Both the position numbers and the translations under genes were made by a program. This document shows positions 19,099 to 30,000 of a DNA stretch of 64,000 bases, in pieces (position 1 is the stretch's first letter; each line of letters starts with the position of its first letter). This DNA comes from a candidate division FCPU426 bacterium (lineage in GTDB: Bacteria > Oederibacteriota > PGYV01 > Palsa-1178). The stretch lies in the NCBI GenBank assembly GCA_963840035.1, contig CAWIXE010000001.1:864001-928000 (forward strand), written 5' to 3'. Below the pieces are notes generated by a model. That model ran no database searches and was not told the origin of the DNA. It saw only the letters and a program-made list of their open reading frames with translations.

Positions 19099-20139
19099 TT
19101 GAAACAGCAGATAAAAACAACAACCATAAAAGATATCGCAAAAAAGCTCGGGATAAACCACTCTACCGTTTCCAGGGCCTTAAGGGGCCATCATTCCGTG
19201 AAAAAGGAAACAGCCGACAGGATAAAGCAGCTGGCCGCAGAGATGGATTATATGCCGAACATGGCAGCGCGCGGGCTTGTGAAGGGCAAATCCGAAGCCA
19301 TAGCCTTTATCAGCACCCGTTTTGCCGCGCCTTTTATATCAAATGTCCTTGATTCCTTTGAACAGCGCGCGTTCTATACAAACCGTTATGTGCACGGCAT
19401 TTCACCCTACTCCACCCGCAACGAAGAGCCGCTTAAAGAACTGCTTTTAAAGAGGATTTTACGCGGAAAGATGGCTGACGCGGTTGTTATGCTGACCTTA
19501 AGGCCGCGTGAGGAAACACTGGAGGAGTATAAAAGAGCCGGAGTGCCTGTCATACTTATCGAGTACAGCATGAAAGGCGCCCACTCAATAACCATTAATA
19601 ATTTTGGCGGAGCTGAGAAAGCAGTCAGGCACTTAATAGGCATGGGCCGGAAAAATATCGGGCTTATAAACGGAGAAACCATACAGCCGCCGAGCATGGA
19701 CGTGAACACTGTGGCTGTGGACAGGAAGATGGGTTATGTGGCGGCCCTTGAAAAGCACGGGATGCAGGCGAAAGAAAGCAATATGGAAGTGATACACGCG
19801 TACAGATATGAAGACGGAAAAAAAGCGCTCGACAATTTCCTGAAAAAATCCGTGAAGCCGGACGCTATATTCTGCGCGGCCGGGGATATCGTGGCTATGG
19901 GAGTGCTGGAGCGCGCGGATGAGCTTGGAATAAAAATACCAGGGGATATCGCGGTAGTCGGCTTTGACGACGTGCTCGCGGCCAGGCACTTAAACCCTCC
20001 GCTGACCACGGTGCGGCAGCCGCTGGAAGAGATAGGAAACATGGCTTTTGATATAACCATAGAGGCCATAGACGGCAAACTTAAAAAGGATAAGAATGTG
20101 ATTATAGAACCGGAACTTATTATAAGGAAGTCCGCATGA
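19099..20139 (+). CDS. LacI-family transcriptional repressor
   Basis: TIKDIAKKLGINHSTVSRAL; VVGFDD..PPLTTVRQP..PELIIRKS. Confidence 0.93.
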   Translation: MKQQIKTTTIKDIAKKLGINHSTVSRALRGHHSVKKETADRIKQLAAEMDYMPNMAARGLVKGKSEAIAFISTRFAAPFISNVLDSFEQRAFYTNRYVHGISPYSTRNEEPLKELLLKRILRGKMADAVVMLTLRPREETLEEYKRAGVPVILIEYSMKGAHSITINNFGGAEKAVRHLIGMGRKNIGLINGETIQPPSMDVNTVAVDRKMGYVAALEKHGMQAKESNMEVIHAYRYEDGKKALDNFLKKSVKPDAIFCAAGDIVAMGVLERADELGIKIPGDIAVVGFDDVLAARHLNPPLTTVRQPLEEIGNMAFDITIEAIDGKLKKDKNVIIEPELIIRKSA

Positions 20140-21128
20140 TAACAATCAAGGACATCGCGAAAAAACTCGGGATAAACCACGGCACTGTTTCCCGCGCCAT
20201 ACACAATGACCCGCGGGTTAACGCGGTCACTAAGCGCAGGGTCATGGAACTTGTTAAAGAGATGAATTACGTGCCGAATATGGCTGCCAGGGGGCTGGCC
20301 CGGGGCAAGTCCTACACCATAGCGGTCGTAACTTTTTCATATTTTTCCACTTTTGCCGCGGAGCTTATGAGGGGCATAGAAACGGAGATCATAAAAACAA
20401 AATATGGCATCATATATTACTCCACCAGCAGGTTTACATACGTCGGCACCGCGGACAGGGACGCATATATATATGAAAAAATCCTGAATGAAAAAAAGGC
20501 TGACGCGCTCATAGTTTTTTCCGGGATATTGTACGGAAAAAAAGGAATTACCGAGCGTTATAAAAAGGCCGGGATTCCGCTGGTCTTCATCGAAGGCAAG
20601 GATACCTGGGGAAGCAGGGTGCATTACGACAACATGGCGGCCGCCGGTTTGGCTGTAAAGCATTTTCAGGAGAGGAAAAGGAAGAAGATAGGCATGTTAA
20701 CCGGAAATACCCTGGATGTGCAGAGCTTCAAGGAGAGAAAAGCCGGATTTTTAAAAGCCCTCGGCCAGGACGCGGCGGCGAATATATTTGAGTATCAGGA
20801 AAATACTCCCGAGATGATAGTAAGCGCCTATAATTTTTTTAAGCTCAATAAGATAGACGCGGTCTATGTGGCCTCAGGCGATGACCACGCGCTGAAGCTT
20901 TTGAAGGAAGCGCAAAAAATGGGGCTGCGGGTTCCGGAGGACATGGCAATAATAGGCCAGGACGACACCACAGCCGCTGTCGCGGGTGACATAACCACGA
21001 TAAGGCAGCCCATAACAGAGATGGGAAAAAAGGCGGTGGAAATCGCGGTCAGGGCGCTGGATGAAAAGGATGATACTTTAAGGGATGAGGTACTATATCC
21101 GGAGCTGGTTGTAAGGAAGACGACATAG
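20136..21128 (+). CDS. LacI-family transcriptional repressor (close paralog of 11511-12524)
   Basis: TIKDIAKKLGINHGTVSRAI. Shares EKILNEKKADA and WG.RVHYDN with the first LacI; ATGA overlap with the upstream gene. Confidence 0.93.
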   Translation: MITIKDIAKKLGINHGTVSRAIHNDPRVNAVTKRRVMELVKEMNYVPNMAARGLARGKSYTIAVVTFSYFSTFAAELMRGIETEIIKTKYGIIYYSTSRFTYVGTADRDAYIYEKILNEKKADALIVFSGILYGKKGITERYKKAGIPLVFIEGKDTWGSRVHYDNMAAAGLAVKHFQERKRKKIGMLTGNTLDVQSFKERKAGFLKALGQDAAANIFEYQENTPEMIVSAYNFFKLNKIDAVYVASGDDHALKLLKEAQKMGLRVPEDMAIIGQDDTTAAVAGDITTIRQPITEMGKKAVEIAVRALDEKDDTLRDEVLYPELVVRKTT

Positions 21129-21201
21129 GGCAATTTTCAATTTTATATTTTCGATTTTCAATTAACCGCATTTTGTGCTGTTGAAAATTCAGGCTGCTGA
21201 T

Positions 21202-21314
21202 TGTCATTGCGAGGAGCCGTTCTTGATTTGTGGCGACGAAGCAATCTCGTTTTAACACTAAAGCAGCAAGATTGCTTCGTCGGCAGATAACAAATGCGCC
21301 TCCTCGCAATGACA
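21202..21314. repeat. Palindromic dispersed element (TGTCATTGCGAGG...CCTCGCAATGACA; RPE-like)
   Basis: Terminal inverted repeat plus internal CGACGAAGCAATCT / AGATTGCTTCGTCG inverted repeat. Confidence 0.8.
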
Positions 21315-21395
21315 GATGTGTTATACCGCAATAAAACACCCGCCAGCATTAACCAGTTAATCATGGCTTTTTCATTGTGAAAATACGGGACACGG

Positions 21396-21440
21396 GTTTC
21401 ACGTGTTAAACTTGACGAAACCGCTTTCCCGGAGTATACT
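21396..21440 (+). promoter_or_regulatory. Sigma70 promoter with CACGTG operator (second copy of the 12622 module)
   Basis: GTTTCACGTGTTAAACTTGAC is identical to 12622-12642; TTGACG-17 bp-TATACT. Confidence 0.75.
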
Positions 21441-21546
21441 CATTATGAACTAGAGTTTAGCAAACAGCAACGAAGACCAATTTTTTTTGTCCAATTATTT
21501 AACCGTTTTACTAATACCGGCGCAGTTAAAACAACAGGAGCGGCAG

Positions 21547-24500
21547 ATGAAAAAGTTTTTTAACATCCAGTCTGTAATACTTGCTGCATTTATTTTGCTG
21601 CCTGTGATAACGCACGCCGCGGCTGTGCCCGGCAGGATAACCGTCAGCGGCACACAGTTTTCCGTGTGCGGCTCACGCATATGGATGAGCGGATGCAATA
21701 CTCCGTGGGATAACTGGAATGATTTTGGCGGCACTTATGACTCAGCCTTTTGGGAAACGCACTTTGCCGCGCTTGAGGCGGCCGGCGTGAATTCCAGCAG
21801 GATTTGGATTACATGCAGCGGCGAGGTTGGCATAAACATAGACACGGCGGGCAACGTTACCGGCGCGACAGCGGCGCACTGGTCAAATCTGGATGACATG
21901 TTTGCCAGGGCGCAGGCGCACGGCGTATATATAATGGCAACCTTAATCTCATTTGACCACTTTAAAAATACATACACCACTTATCAGCGCTGGAGGAACT
22001 GGATTGCCAGCGACGCCAATATCGACAGCTATGTAACTAATTACATAGTCCCTTTCCTCACGCGGTACGGTAACAACCCGGCGCTGTGGTCCATAGATTT
22101 AAATAACGAACCCGAGTGGGAGAGCAGCACGGAAAATACTGCTGAGCCCGCCGTATACGGGGCAATCAGCTGGACGCGTATACAGACATATTTTGCCAAA
22201 GCTGCGGTGGCCATACATAAATGGAACGCGTCAAACGGCAGCGGCCCGCTCGTGACAGTGGGCATGGGGTACATAAAATACAATTCAGACTCGCGCAGCG
22301 GAGCCTTAGGCGGCGAGAATAAACTTGCTGACGCGGATTTGTCCGCGCTTATAAGCGTGGCCGCGGACAAGCCGCTGGCAAAAATGGATTTCTGGTCCAC
22401 GCATTACTACCCCTGGCAGGATACTTACGGCGGGAAGCCGTTTACCGTAACGCCGCTTGCCTTCGGGCTGCCAAATGACAGGCCCGCGGTTGTGGGCGAG
22501 TGCCCGAATAAATACGGCTCTACAAACGGCGGCACAAATACCGCGGGATATCTAAAGACTGATTATTCAAACGCGTATAGTAACGGATGGCAGGGAGTTA
22601 TGCCATGGACATCCAACGGCGCGGGGTCAGGCGATTTCGGCGATCTTACAAATGAGTTAAGCGGCGCGTCCGGGCAGATGCTTACCATGATTCCCACGCT
22701 TGTGCGGCCTTCCTGCGCGGCAAACTCGCCGACTTTCACTCCGACGCGTACCAGGACACAGACATTTACCCCGACAAAGTCATCAACGCCGGCAAACACC
22801 GCCACATCCACCGCAACTCAGAGTTTGACACAGACAAAAAGTTCTACTTCCACATCCACAAGAACAGCAACGCCCACATATACGATGCAGATAACAGCCA
22901 CATACACTTCCACTCTGACAGCCACAAAAACAAACACAACTCAGCCAACCCCGACATTTACATCCACTAAAACAAACACACCCGCGGCTACGCCAAGCCC
23001 CACGCAGACCTCCACGCCCGCCGGAGCCTGCTGGAATCTCATATGGTCTGATGAATTTAACGGGGCCGCGATAGATCCGGCAAACTGGAATTTTGAAACC
23101 GGCTGCTCGGGTTGGGGGAACGGCGAGTGGGAAAACTACACAAATAACGGTTCAAACGCGTATGTTTCAGCGGGGAGTTTGTTCATAAAAGCGGTTAATA
23201 CCGGAGGCGGGAACTGCGGCTTTACCTCGGCTCGCATGACAACAAAGGGAAAAGTGGAAAATACTTACGGCAGGATAGAAGCCAGGATCAAAGTGCCCTA
23301 CGGCCAGGGAATATGGCCCGCCTTCTGGATGCTCGGGGCCAACATAGACACGGTCAACTGGCCGGCGTGCGGCGAGATAGACATAATGGAAATGATAGGC
23401 GGAGGCGCGACACGGGATAACGTGGCATACGGCACCGGACACTGGGACAACGGCGGCCACGCTTCATACGGCCTATCCGCTTCAGTGGCATGGCCGGAAA
23501 AACTTTCCGATAACTTCCATACATATTCGGTGGAGTGGACCGCCACGCAGCTTAAATGGTATTTTGACGGGACGCTTTACTGCACATTAAACACCAATGG
23601 CGCCGGTATGGGCTCGTTTGTCGGGAGGAATTTTTTCCTGCTTCTTAACGTGGCTGTCGGAGGCACATGGCCGGGCTACCCGGACGCGACAACCGTTTTC
23701 CCGCAGCAGATGGAAGTGGACTACGTGCGCTGGTATCAGCAGGGCGCGTGCTTACCCACCCAGACCGTAAGCCCGTCGCCGCAGAACACAATGACGCAGA
23801 CGCCGCAGGCAACAGCCACAAGGACCTCTTCGGCCACGCGAACCGCCACGCCAACCGCCACGTGGACATCCACGGCAATAATATTTACGCCGACTGATAC
23901 GGCGACACAAACATCGACCGCGGTTGTTTTCTCGCCGACAAACACGGCTGTGGTGCCGTCAAACACGGCAACACCTTCATCCACCGCCGGTTCAACCCCG
24001 TCATATACGGCAACGCCGGTTAATTCCGCGACATATACAAGCACGGCCGTATCCACGGCCACCCGTACTTACACAACAACGCCGGTTAACACCCCGGTAA
24101 ATACGCCGTCGCCTGTTAACACCGCCACAAAGACGTACACATTAATATCTACGGCCACCGGGACAGCCACAAAAATCCCGACCGGCACATATACCGCCAC
24201 AAAAACAAACACGGTACTGCCGTCCGCCACGCCCACATTTACAATGACGGCTGTAACGGGCGGGGACTTCGGGATTGAAGGCGTAACCGCATTCCCCAAC
24301 CCGTACACAAAGGGCGGTATGGGAGTATCCTTTTACCTGACGCGCCCGGCAAAGGAAATAAAGGCAGCTATATATACCGCGTCTTTCAGGAAAATAGCTG
24401 AGATAACACGCACGGGGTACTGCGCAGATAGGACGGCAATAAGTATTCCTGAAAAAGCGCTCTCAAGGTTCGGCAGCGGGACATATTACATCGCGGTTAC

Positions 24501-24564
24501 CGGGGTATCCACTGAAGGGAAAAAGGCGGCATCACGCCTGCAAAAGTTCCTTATCATAAGATAG
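21547..24564 (+). CDS. Secreted bifunctional GH5 (GH5_10 mannanase-like) plus GH16 (beta-1,3-glucanase-like) enzyme with YPNP-type CTD
   Basis: GH5: NDFGG, RIWI, NNEPEW, HYYPW, VVGE. GH16: WSDEF, WPAFWML, GEIDIME, LLNVAVGG, MEVDYVR. FPNPY CTD. Confidence 0.85.
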   Translation: MKKFFNIQSVILAAFILLPVITHAAAVPGRITVSGTQFSVCGSRIWMSGCNTPWDNWNDFGGTYDSAFWETHFAALEAAGVNSSRIWITCSGEVGINIDTAGNVTGATAAHWSNLDDMFARAQAHGVYIMATLISFDHFKNTYTTYQRWRNWIASDANIDSYVTNYIVPFLTRYGNNPALWSIDLNNEPEWESSTENTAEPAVYGAISWTRIQTYFAKAAVAIHKWNASNGSGPLVTVGMGYIKYNSDSRSGALGGENKLADADLSALISVAADKPLAKMDFWSTHYYPWQDTYGGKPFTVTPLAFGLPNDRPAVVGECPNKYGSTNGGTNTAGYLKTDYSNAYSNGWQGVMPWTSNGAGSGDFGDLTNELSGASGQMLTMIPTLVRPSCAANSPTFTPTRTRTQTFTPTKSSTPANTATSTATQSLTQTKSSTSTSTRTATPTYTMQITATYTSTLTATKTNTTQPTPTFTSTKTNTPAATPSPTQTSTPAGACWNLIWSDEFNGAAIDPANWNFETGCSGWGNGEWENYTNNGSNAYVSAGSLFIKAVNTGGGNCGFTSARMTTKGKVENTYGRIEARIKVPYGQGIWPAFWMLGANIDTVNWPACGEIDIMEMIGGGATRDNVAYGTGHWDNGGHASYGLSASVAWPEKLSDNFHTYSVEWTATQLKWYFDGTLYCTLNTNGAGMGSFVGRNFFLLLNVAVGGTWPGYPDATTVFPQQMEVDYVRWYQQGACLPTQTVSPSPQNTMTQTPQATATRTSSATRTATPTATWTSTAIIFTPTDTATQTSTAVVFSPTNTAVVPSNTATPSSTAGSTPSYTATPVNSATYTSTAVSTATRTYTTTPVNTPVNTPSPVNTATKTYTLISTATGTATKIPTGTYTATKTNTVLPSATPTFTMTAVTGGDFGIEGVTAFPNPYTKGGMGVSFYLTRPAKEIKAAIYTASFRKIAEITRTGYCADRTAISIPEKALSRFGSGTYYIAVTGVSTEGKKAASRLQKFLIIR

Positions 24565-24887
24565 CCGTAAAATAAATAATGGCGCTGTCTTCCGCGGCTC
24601 CTTTGCCACCCGGGGAGCGTCAGCTTAAAAACAGCCTGCGGCCTCATACCAAATTATCCCGGAGCCGCGAAACCCGGAGCATAACCATCACAAAACCGCA
24701 TAAATCCGCGCGTCTTGACATTCGGCGCTTGTTTTATGGTTTTTTGGGGGTATAATTGTTACATGGGCTCCAAATGCGGTTAAAAGGGGAATCAATTGGA
24801 TAAGCTAAAATTCCGCGTGAATCCAGGCTCCGGGCGTACAAAAAAAAAGATGTCATCGTATTTTTGCCATGAAAAATTCAGGCGTGC

Positions 24888-26777
24888 ATGAGCTGGTTCC
24901 CGCTTGCGCCCATGGTCCATTTTGCCGCGTTTACCATATATATAGTCCTCATAATCACGATACTCACCAGGAATTTTTACAGCACAGCGAACCGCTTCGC
25001 GGCCGGATTGCTTGCCTGTTTTTCAATATGGAGCTTCTGCAAGATATTTCTGCATAATCCGGATACACCTTACTATTTCGCGGTCCTGTTTGAAAAAATA
25101 AGCGTCGTGGGCTGGGCCTCATTCCCTGTTTTTGGTTTCTGGCTGTGGATTTCGCTCACCGGAAAAAAGGGGCTTTTTAACTCCCCGGCTGCGGTTGTTT
25201 TATCCGTGGTCCTGCCGGTATTTTTCATACTGCTTCACTGGACAGGGCTTCTCATGTACGCGCCCCGGCGCATGTATTACGGCTGGATGAATACCTGGAT
25301 ACAGGGAAGCGTATTTACATACATGTTTTACGCCTATTACGCGGGCGCGCTCATAGCCGGGATGGCCTACCACATCCGGTCGCAGAATAAAGTTATATCC
25401 GGCCTGAAGAAAAAGCAGAATGTAATATTGTACGTCTCCGCGGTGCTTACCATACTGGTCGGAACGTTTTTTGAGGTCCTGATACCGGTTTTCAGGATAA
25501 AAGTCGGGATACTCCAGGACGTCACCAATGTATACATACTCATATGGGCCGCTGGCATTTTTGTCGTATTTTTCAGGTATAAATTCATGGCCATGGACCC
25601 GTCTTCCGCGTCCGAAGCCATTATAAATTCCATGAATGAGGCTCTGATACTGCTGGATGATGAGATGAACATAAGTTTTATGAACCGCCACGCGCAGGAG
25701 ATGCTGGGCTACGGCGGGAATGAAATCAAGGGCAGGCCTTTTGATAAGGCGATTTATGACGGCGCAGCGGCGGCGGTTTTCATCAGGGAAGTGACAAAAA
25801 ACCGCGAATTTAAGAGCCAGGATTTCGTCATGCGCCGCAGGGACGGAAAGCCATTAAACTGTTTTCTTTCGGCTTCTGTTGTAATGGAGTTCGGGGATAT
25901 CCGGGGTATCATATGCGTGGCGACCGACATAACCGCCCTGAAAATAGCCGAGGACGGCGTGAGGGATGAGCGCGACATGGCGCAAAAGCTCATGGCCGAG
26001 CTTAAGGCGAGCTATGACAGGCTCAAGGAGATCGACATTCTTAAATCAAACTTCACATCCATGGTGTCGCATGAATTCAGGACGCCGCTGACTTCCATCA
26101 AGGGGTTTGTTTCCTTTCTGTCGCACGGTGTGGGAGGCCCGCTGAGCGTGCAGCAGCGCGAATTCCTGGACAGCGTGAGGAACAATTCTGACAGGCTGTT
26201 AAACCTGATAAACGACCTTCTTGACGTATCTAAAATGGAGTCGGGGGGGTTTTCCATAAATAAAAAACCGGCGGAACTGAACCTCGTGATCAGCAGGTGC
26301 ATGAAAGACTTAAGCTCCCTTTCGGAAAGCAGGAAAATAGATGTTTTCCTGGAATCTTCCGTAAAAAAATGCGTTATATCCGCGGATGAATACCGTGTAT
26401 CACAGGCAGTGGTAAACCTGCTGAATAACGCGATGAAATTTTCTCCGGAAAATTCAAGGATAACCGTCTTGCTGGAGCTGCTGCCCCTGGAGGAAATAAG
26501 CATTCCCGGATACGCGGATGCTGCCGCGCTTGTCCCGGGGAATTACGCGCGCGTAAAGTTTGTCGACCGGGGATGCGGCATCCCTCAGGATAAGATCATG
26601 CGGATATTCGAAAGGTATTACCAGGTTGAGAATATAAACACGCGTTCCTGCCAGGGGACCGGGCTGGGCCTTAGCATCGTAAAAAAAATAGCTGATCTGC
26701 ATGGCGGCGCGGTATGGGCCGAATCCAGAGGCCCTGGCCTGGGATGCGTTTTTACGCTTATACTGCCTGAAAAGTAG
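24888..26777 (+). CDS. Sensor histidine kinase (N-terminal 7TM, PAS, HisKA, HATPase)
   Basis: About seven TM segments, PAS region, SHEFRTPL H-box, NLLNNAMKF, DRGCGI and GTGLGL. Confidence 0.92.
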   Translation: MSWFPLAPMVHFAAFTIYIVLIITILTRNFYSTANRFAAGLLACFSIWSFCKIFLHNPDTPYYFAVLFEKISVVGWASFPVFGFWLWISLTGKKGLFNSPAAVVLSVVLPVFFILLHWTGLLMYAPRRMYYGWMNTWIQGSVFTYMFYAYYAGALIAGMAYHIRSQNKVISGLKKKQNVILYVSAVLTILVGTFFEVLIPVFRIKVGILQDVTNVYILIWAAGIFVVFFRYKFMAMDPSSASEAIINSMNEALILLDDEMNISFMNRHAQEMLGYGGNEIKGRPFDKAIYDGAAAAVFIREVTKNREFKSQDFVMRRRDGKPLNCFLSASVVMEFGDIRGIICVATDITALKIAEDGVRDERDMAQKLMAELKASYDRLKEIDILKSNFTSMVSHEFRTPLTSIKGFVSFLSHGVGGPLSVQQREFLDSVRNNSDRLLNLINDLLDVSKMESGGFSINKKPAELNLVISRCMKDLSSLSESRKIDVFLESSVKKCVISADEYRVSQAVVNLLNNAMKFSPENSRITVLLELLPLEEISIPGYADAAALVPGNYARVKFVDRGCGIPQDKIMRIFERYYQVENINTRSCQGTGLGLSIVKKIADLHGGAVWAESRGPGLGCVFTLILPEK

Positions 26778-26875
26778 AGGCCTGTCTTGCCATATTCTGG
26801 GCATGGTTCCATGCAATAGAACTGGAATTTTTATCCGGCTGTATGGCCTTTTCCTTAATAAAAGGCGAAATCCAC

Positions 26876-26897
26876 AATTGTGACCTAAATCACACTT
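26876..26897 (+). promoter_or_regulatory. CRP/FNR-family type box
   Basis: AATTGTGA-CCTAAA-TCACACTT, i.e. TGTGA-N6-TCACA at 26879-26894, upstream of the PL11-PL1 operon. Confidence 0.55.
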
Positions 26898-27025
26898 TAC
26901 AAAACTCCGGGTTCTTCCGATAAGATTAACCGCTTCATTTTATCGTAAAAACGGCATGTTTATAATCTTGTTATTTATAGCCTGTTTTTGTATATTTATG
27001 GCATGAATAACAGGGAGAAATAACG

Positions 27026-30000
27026 TTGAAAAGCGGCAAATTGCATAAAAATAATATCAGAGCGGCTTTTATGCTTTTCTTTATTATAGTATGCGCCTCT
27101 TCCGTGTTTGCGGCAAGATACATGGAAAAGCTGAACCGCGGCGTCGTGGCAGTGCGCGTGAACGCTTCAAGTGTCTACGTCGGCTGGCGCATGTTCGGCA
27201 CCGATCCCGCTGATATTTCATTTAACGTTTACCGCGGCGGAGTAAAGGTAAACGTGAACCCCATAATAAATTCAACTAATTTCACTGACGCGACCACGGC
27301 ATCCTCCACGTACTACGTACGGTCTATAATAGGAGGAGTGGAACAGGCTCCGTCTGAGACAGCCACACTCTGGTCAACTCAGTATAAAACAATCCCGATT
27401 ATCCAGCCACCCATGCAAACCATGCCGGACGGGACAACGTGCACTTCAACCGCCAATGACTGCTCCACGGGCGATCTGGACGGCGACGGAGAATATGAGA
27501 TAGTTTTAAAATGGGACCCGACAAATTCAAAGGATAATTCTCAGGGCGGATATACAGGCGATGTGTTCCTCGACGCGTATAAATTAAACGGGACAAGGCT
27601 GTGGTCCATAGACTTGGGCCGCAATATCCGCGCCGGCGCCCATTACACCCAGTTCCAGGTTTATGACCTTGACAGCGACGGCAAGGCTGAGGTTGTCTGC
27701 AAGACTGCGCCCGGCACCAAAGATTCATCCGGCGCGTACCTAAGCATGGGGCCGGCCGCGTCTGATAATGACGCCACTGATTACCGCAACACTTCAGGCT
27801 ATATATTATCCGGGCCCGAGTACCTCACGCTTTTTAAAGGCGACACAGGACGGGAAGCGTATACCATGAATTACAACCCCGCGCGCGGGACCGTATCGTC
27901 ATGGGGCGATAATTACGGCAACAGAGTGGACAGGTTTTTAGCGTGCGTGGCATATTTAGACGGCGTGCGGCCGAGCGTGGTCATGTGCCGCGGCTATTAT
28001 ACGAGGGCCGTGCTTGTGGCCTATGACTGGAACGGCACAGCGCTTACCCAGCGCTGGATATTTGACTCGAACACGGCCGGCAACGTCGCTTACGCGGGAC
28101 AGGGCAACCATAACCTCGCAGTCGGCGATACTGACGGCGACGGCAAAGATGAAATAGTATACGGCGCGTGCGCCATCAATGATAATGGTACAGGCATGTA
28201 CACCACGGGATTGGGCCACGGCGACGCGGGGCACCTGGGAAAGATGGACCCTGACAGGGCAGGGCTGCAATATTTTCAGCCGCACGAAGGCGCGTCAGCC
28301 TCAAGCGGCGGCGAGTACCGCAACGCCGCGACAGGCGCGCTGCTGTGGGGATACGCGGCAACGGGAGATACCGGGCGCGGCCTCGCGGCTGACATAGACG
28401 CGAATTACCGCGGATGGGAATATTGGAGCACTTCAACGGACGGCACTTATAATGTTAGCGGCGCGCACGTCTCAACGTCAAGGCCGTCGGTTAACTTCAG
28501 GATATACTGGGACGGCGATCTGCAGGACGAACTTTTGGACGGCACAAAACTTGACAAGTGGACGGGCGCAGGCACTACAAGGCTGTATACATTTTATAAC
28601 TTCAGGAGCTCGCAGGAAATAAACGGCACAAAGGCAAACCCGTGCCTTTCGGCTGATTTGCTCGGTGATTGGCGCGAGGAAGTGATATACAGGAATTCAA
28701 ACAACCAGGAACTGAATATATTTACCACGACTACACCGACAACATACCGTTTTTATACATTAATGCATGATTTTGTGTACCGCTGCGCTATCGCGTGGCA
28801 AAATACCGCCTACAACCAGCCGCCGCATGTGGGATTTTATCTGGGCGACGGGCCAACTGCGCAGCCGGTGGAAGCCATAATATACCCGGGCAGCGGCACA
28901 ACCCCGACTAATACGCCCGCATTTACAAAAACATTTACCGGGACACATACAAAGACATCCACCGCGACGCAGACAAAAACATCCACGGCAAGCGTCACTT
29001 TTACGCGCACATCCACTGCCACCCGCAGCATGACCCCGAGCTTTACTCAAACCGCGACTGAATATACCGGGACGCCTACGCCTTTCACGCCGTCTTATAC
29101 AAGCACCGCTACGGGAACATTTACCGCGACCATGACATTAACTCTCTATAATTCGCCTACTTATACTGTTACGGCGTCCGGTACATTTACAATGCCTAAT
29201 ACGCCGACCATAACCGTGACAGTGACTCCGACAACCGCGCCAGCGGGATATACCGAACTTCAGGCGGAGTCAGCATGCTCTTATGACGGGATATTTGAGA
29301 CCATACACGCGGGTTTTACAGGGATTGGATACGCTAATTTATATAATGCCACAGGTTCGTCAATCATGTTTTTTGTGGACTCTGACGCGGCCCGGACAAT
29401 AAATCTCACTTACAGGTACGCAAACGGCGGGGCAAATCCCAGGGATATGCGCATCATGGTTAACGACGTGACGCAGCCGGCTTCGTTATTATTCCCGGTC
29501 ACAGGCGCCTGGACCGCGTGGCAGGATTCCACGGTCAGCGTGGATTTATCAGCGGGCAGGAACGAAATAACCATCGAGGCACTGACCGCTGACGGCGGGC
29601 CGAACATGGACAGGATATCTTTTACAGCCCCGGGAGTTACGCTCGCGGACTGCGTGGTATACGCTACGCCCACGCAAATAGAAACTGACACGCCGCAGGA
29701 AACGCCGGAGCCCAGCGAAACATTTACGCTGACTCCCACGGTAACCGGGAGTGAAACCATAAGCCCGACTCCCAGCATGACGCCGACTTTAAGCGCGACT
29801 GCCCAGGGTTCGCCGACATGTACCGGCACTGTCACGCCTTCAAATTCCCCGACTAAAACATGGACGGCGCAGGCAGACTCGCCGACCGTGACGGCAACCG
29901 TAAGCAAAAGCATGACCGTGAGCCCCAGCGTGACATTCACCGCGTCTCCGCAGAATACCGCGACAATAACGCGGACAATCCAGACGCCGAGCAGGACCAT

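Noticed and set aside
21049..21364. Small minus-strand ORFs over the palindromic element
   Set aside because: Translations derive from the RPE-like repeat and heptamer tract; not credible genes.
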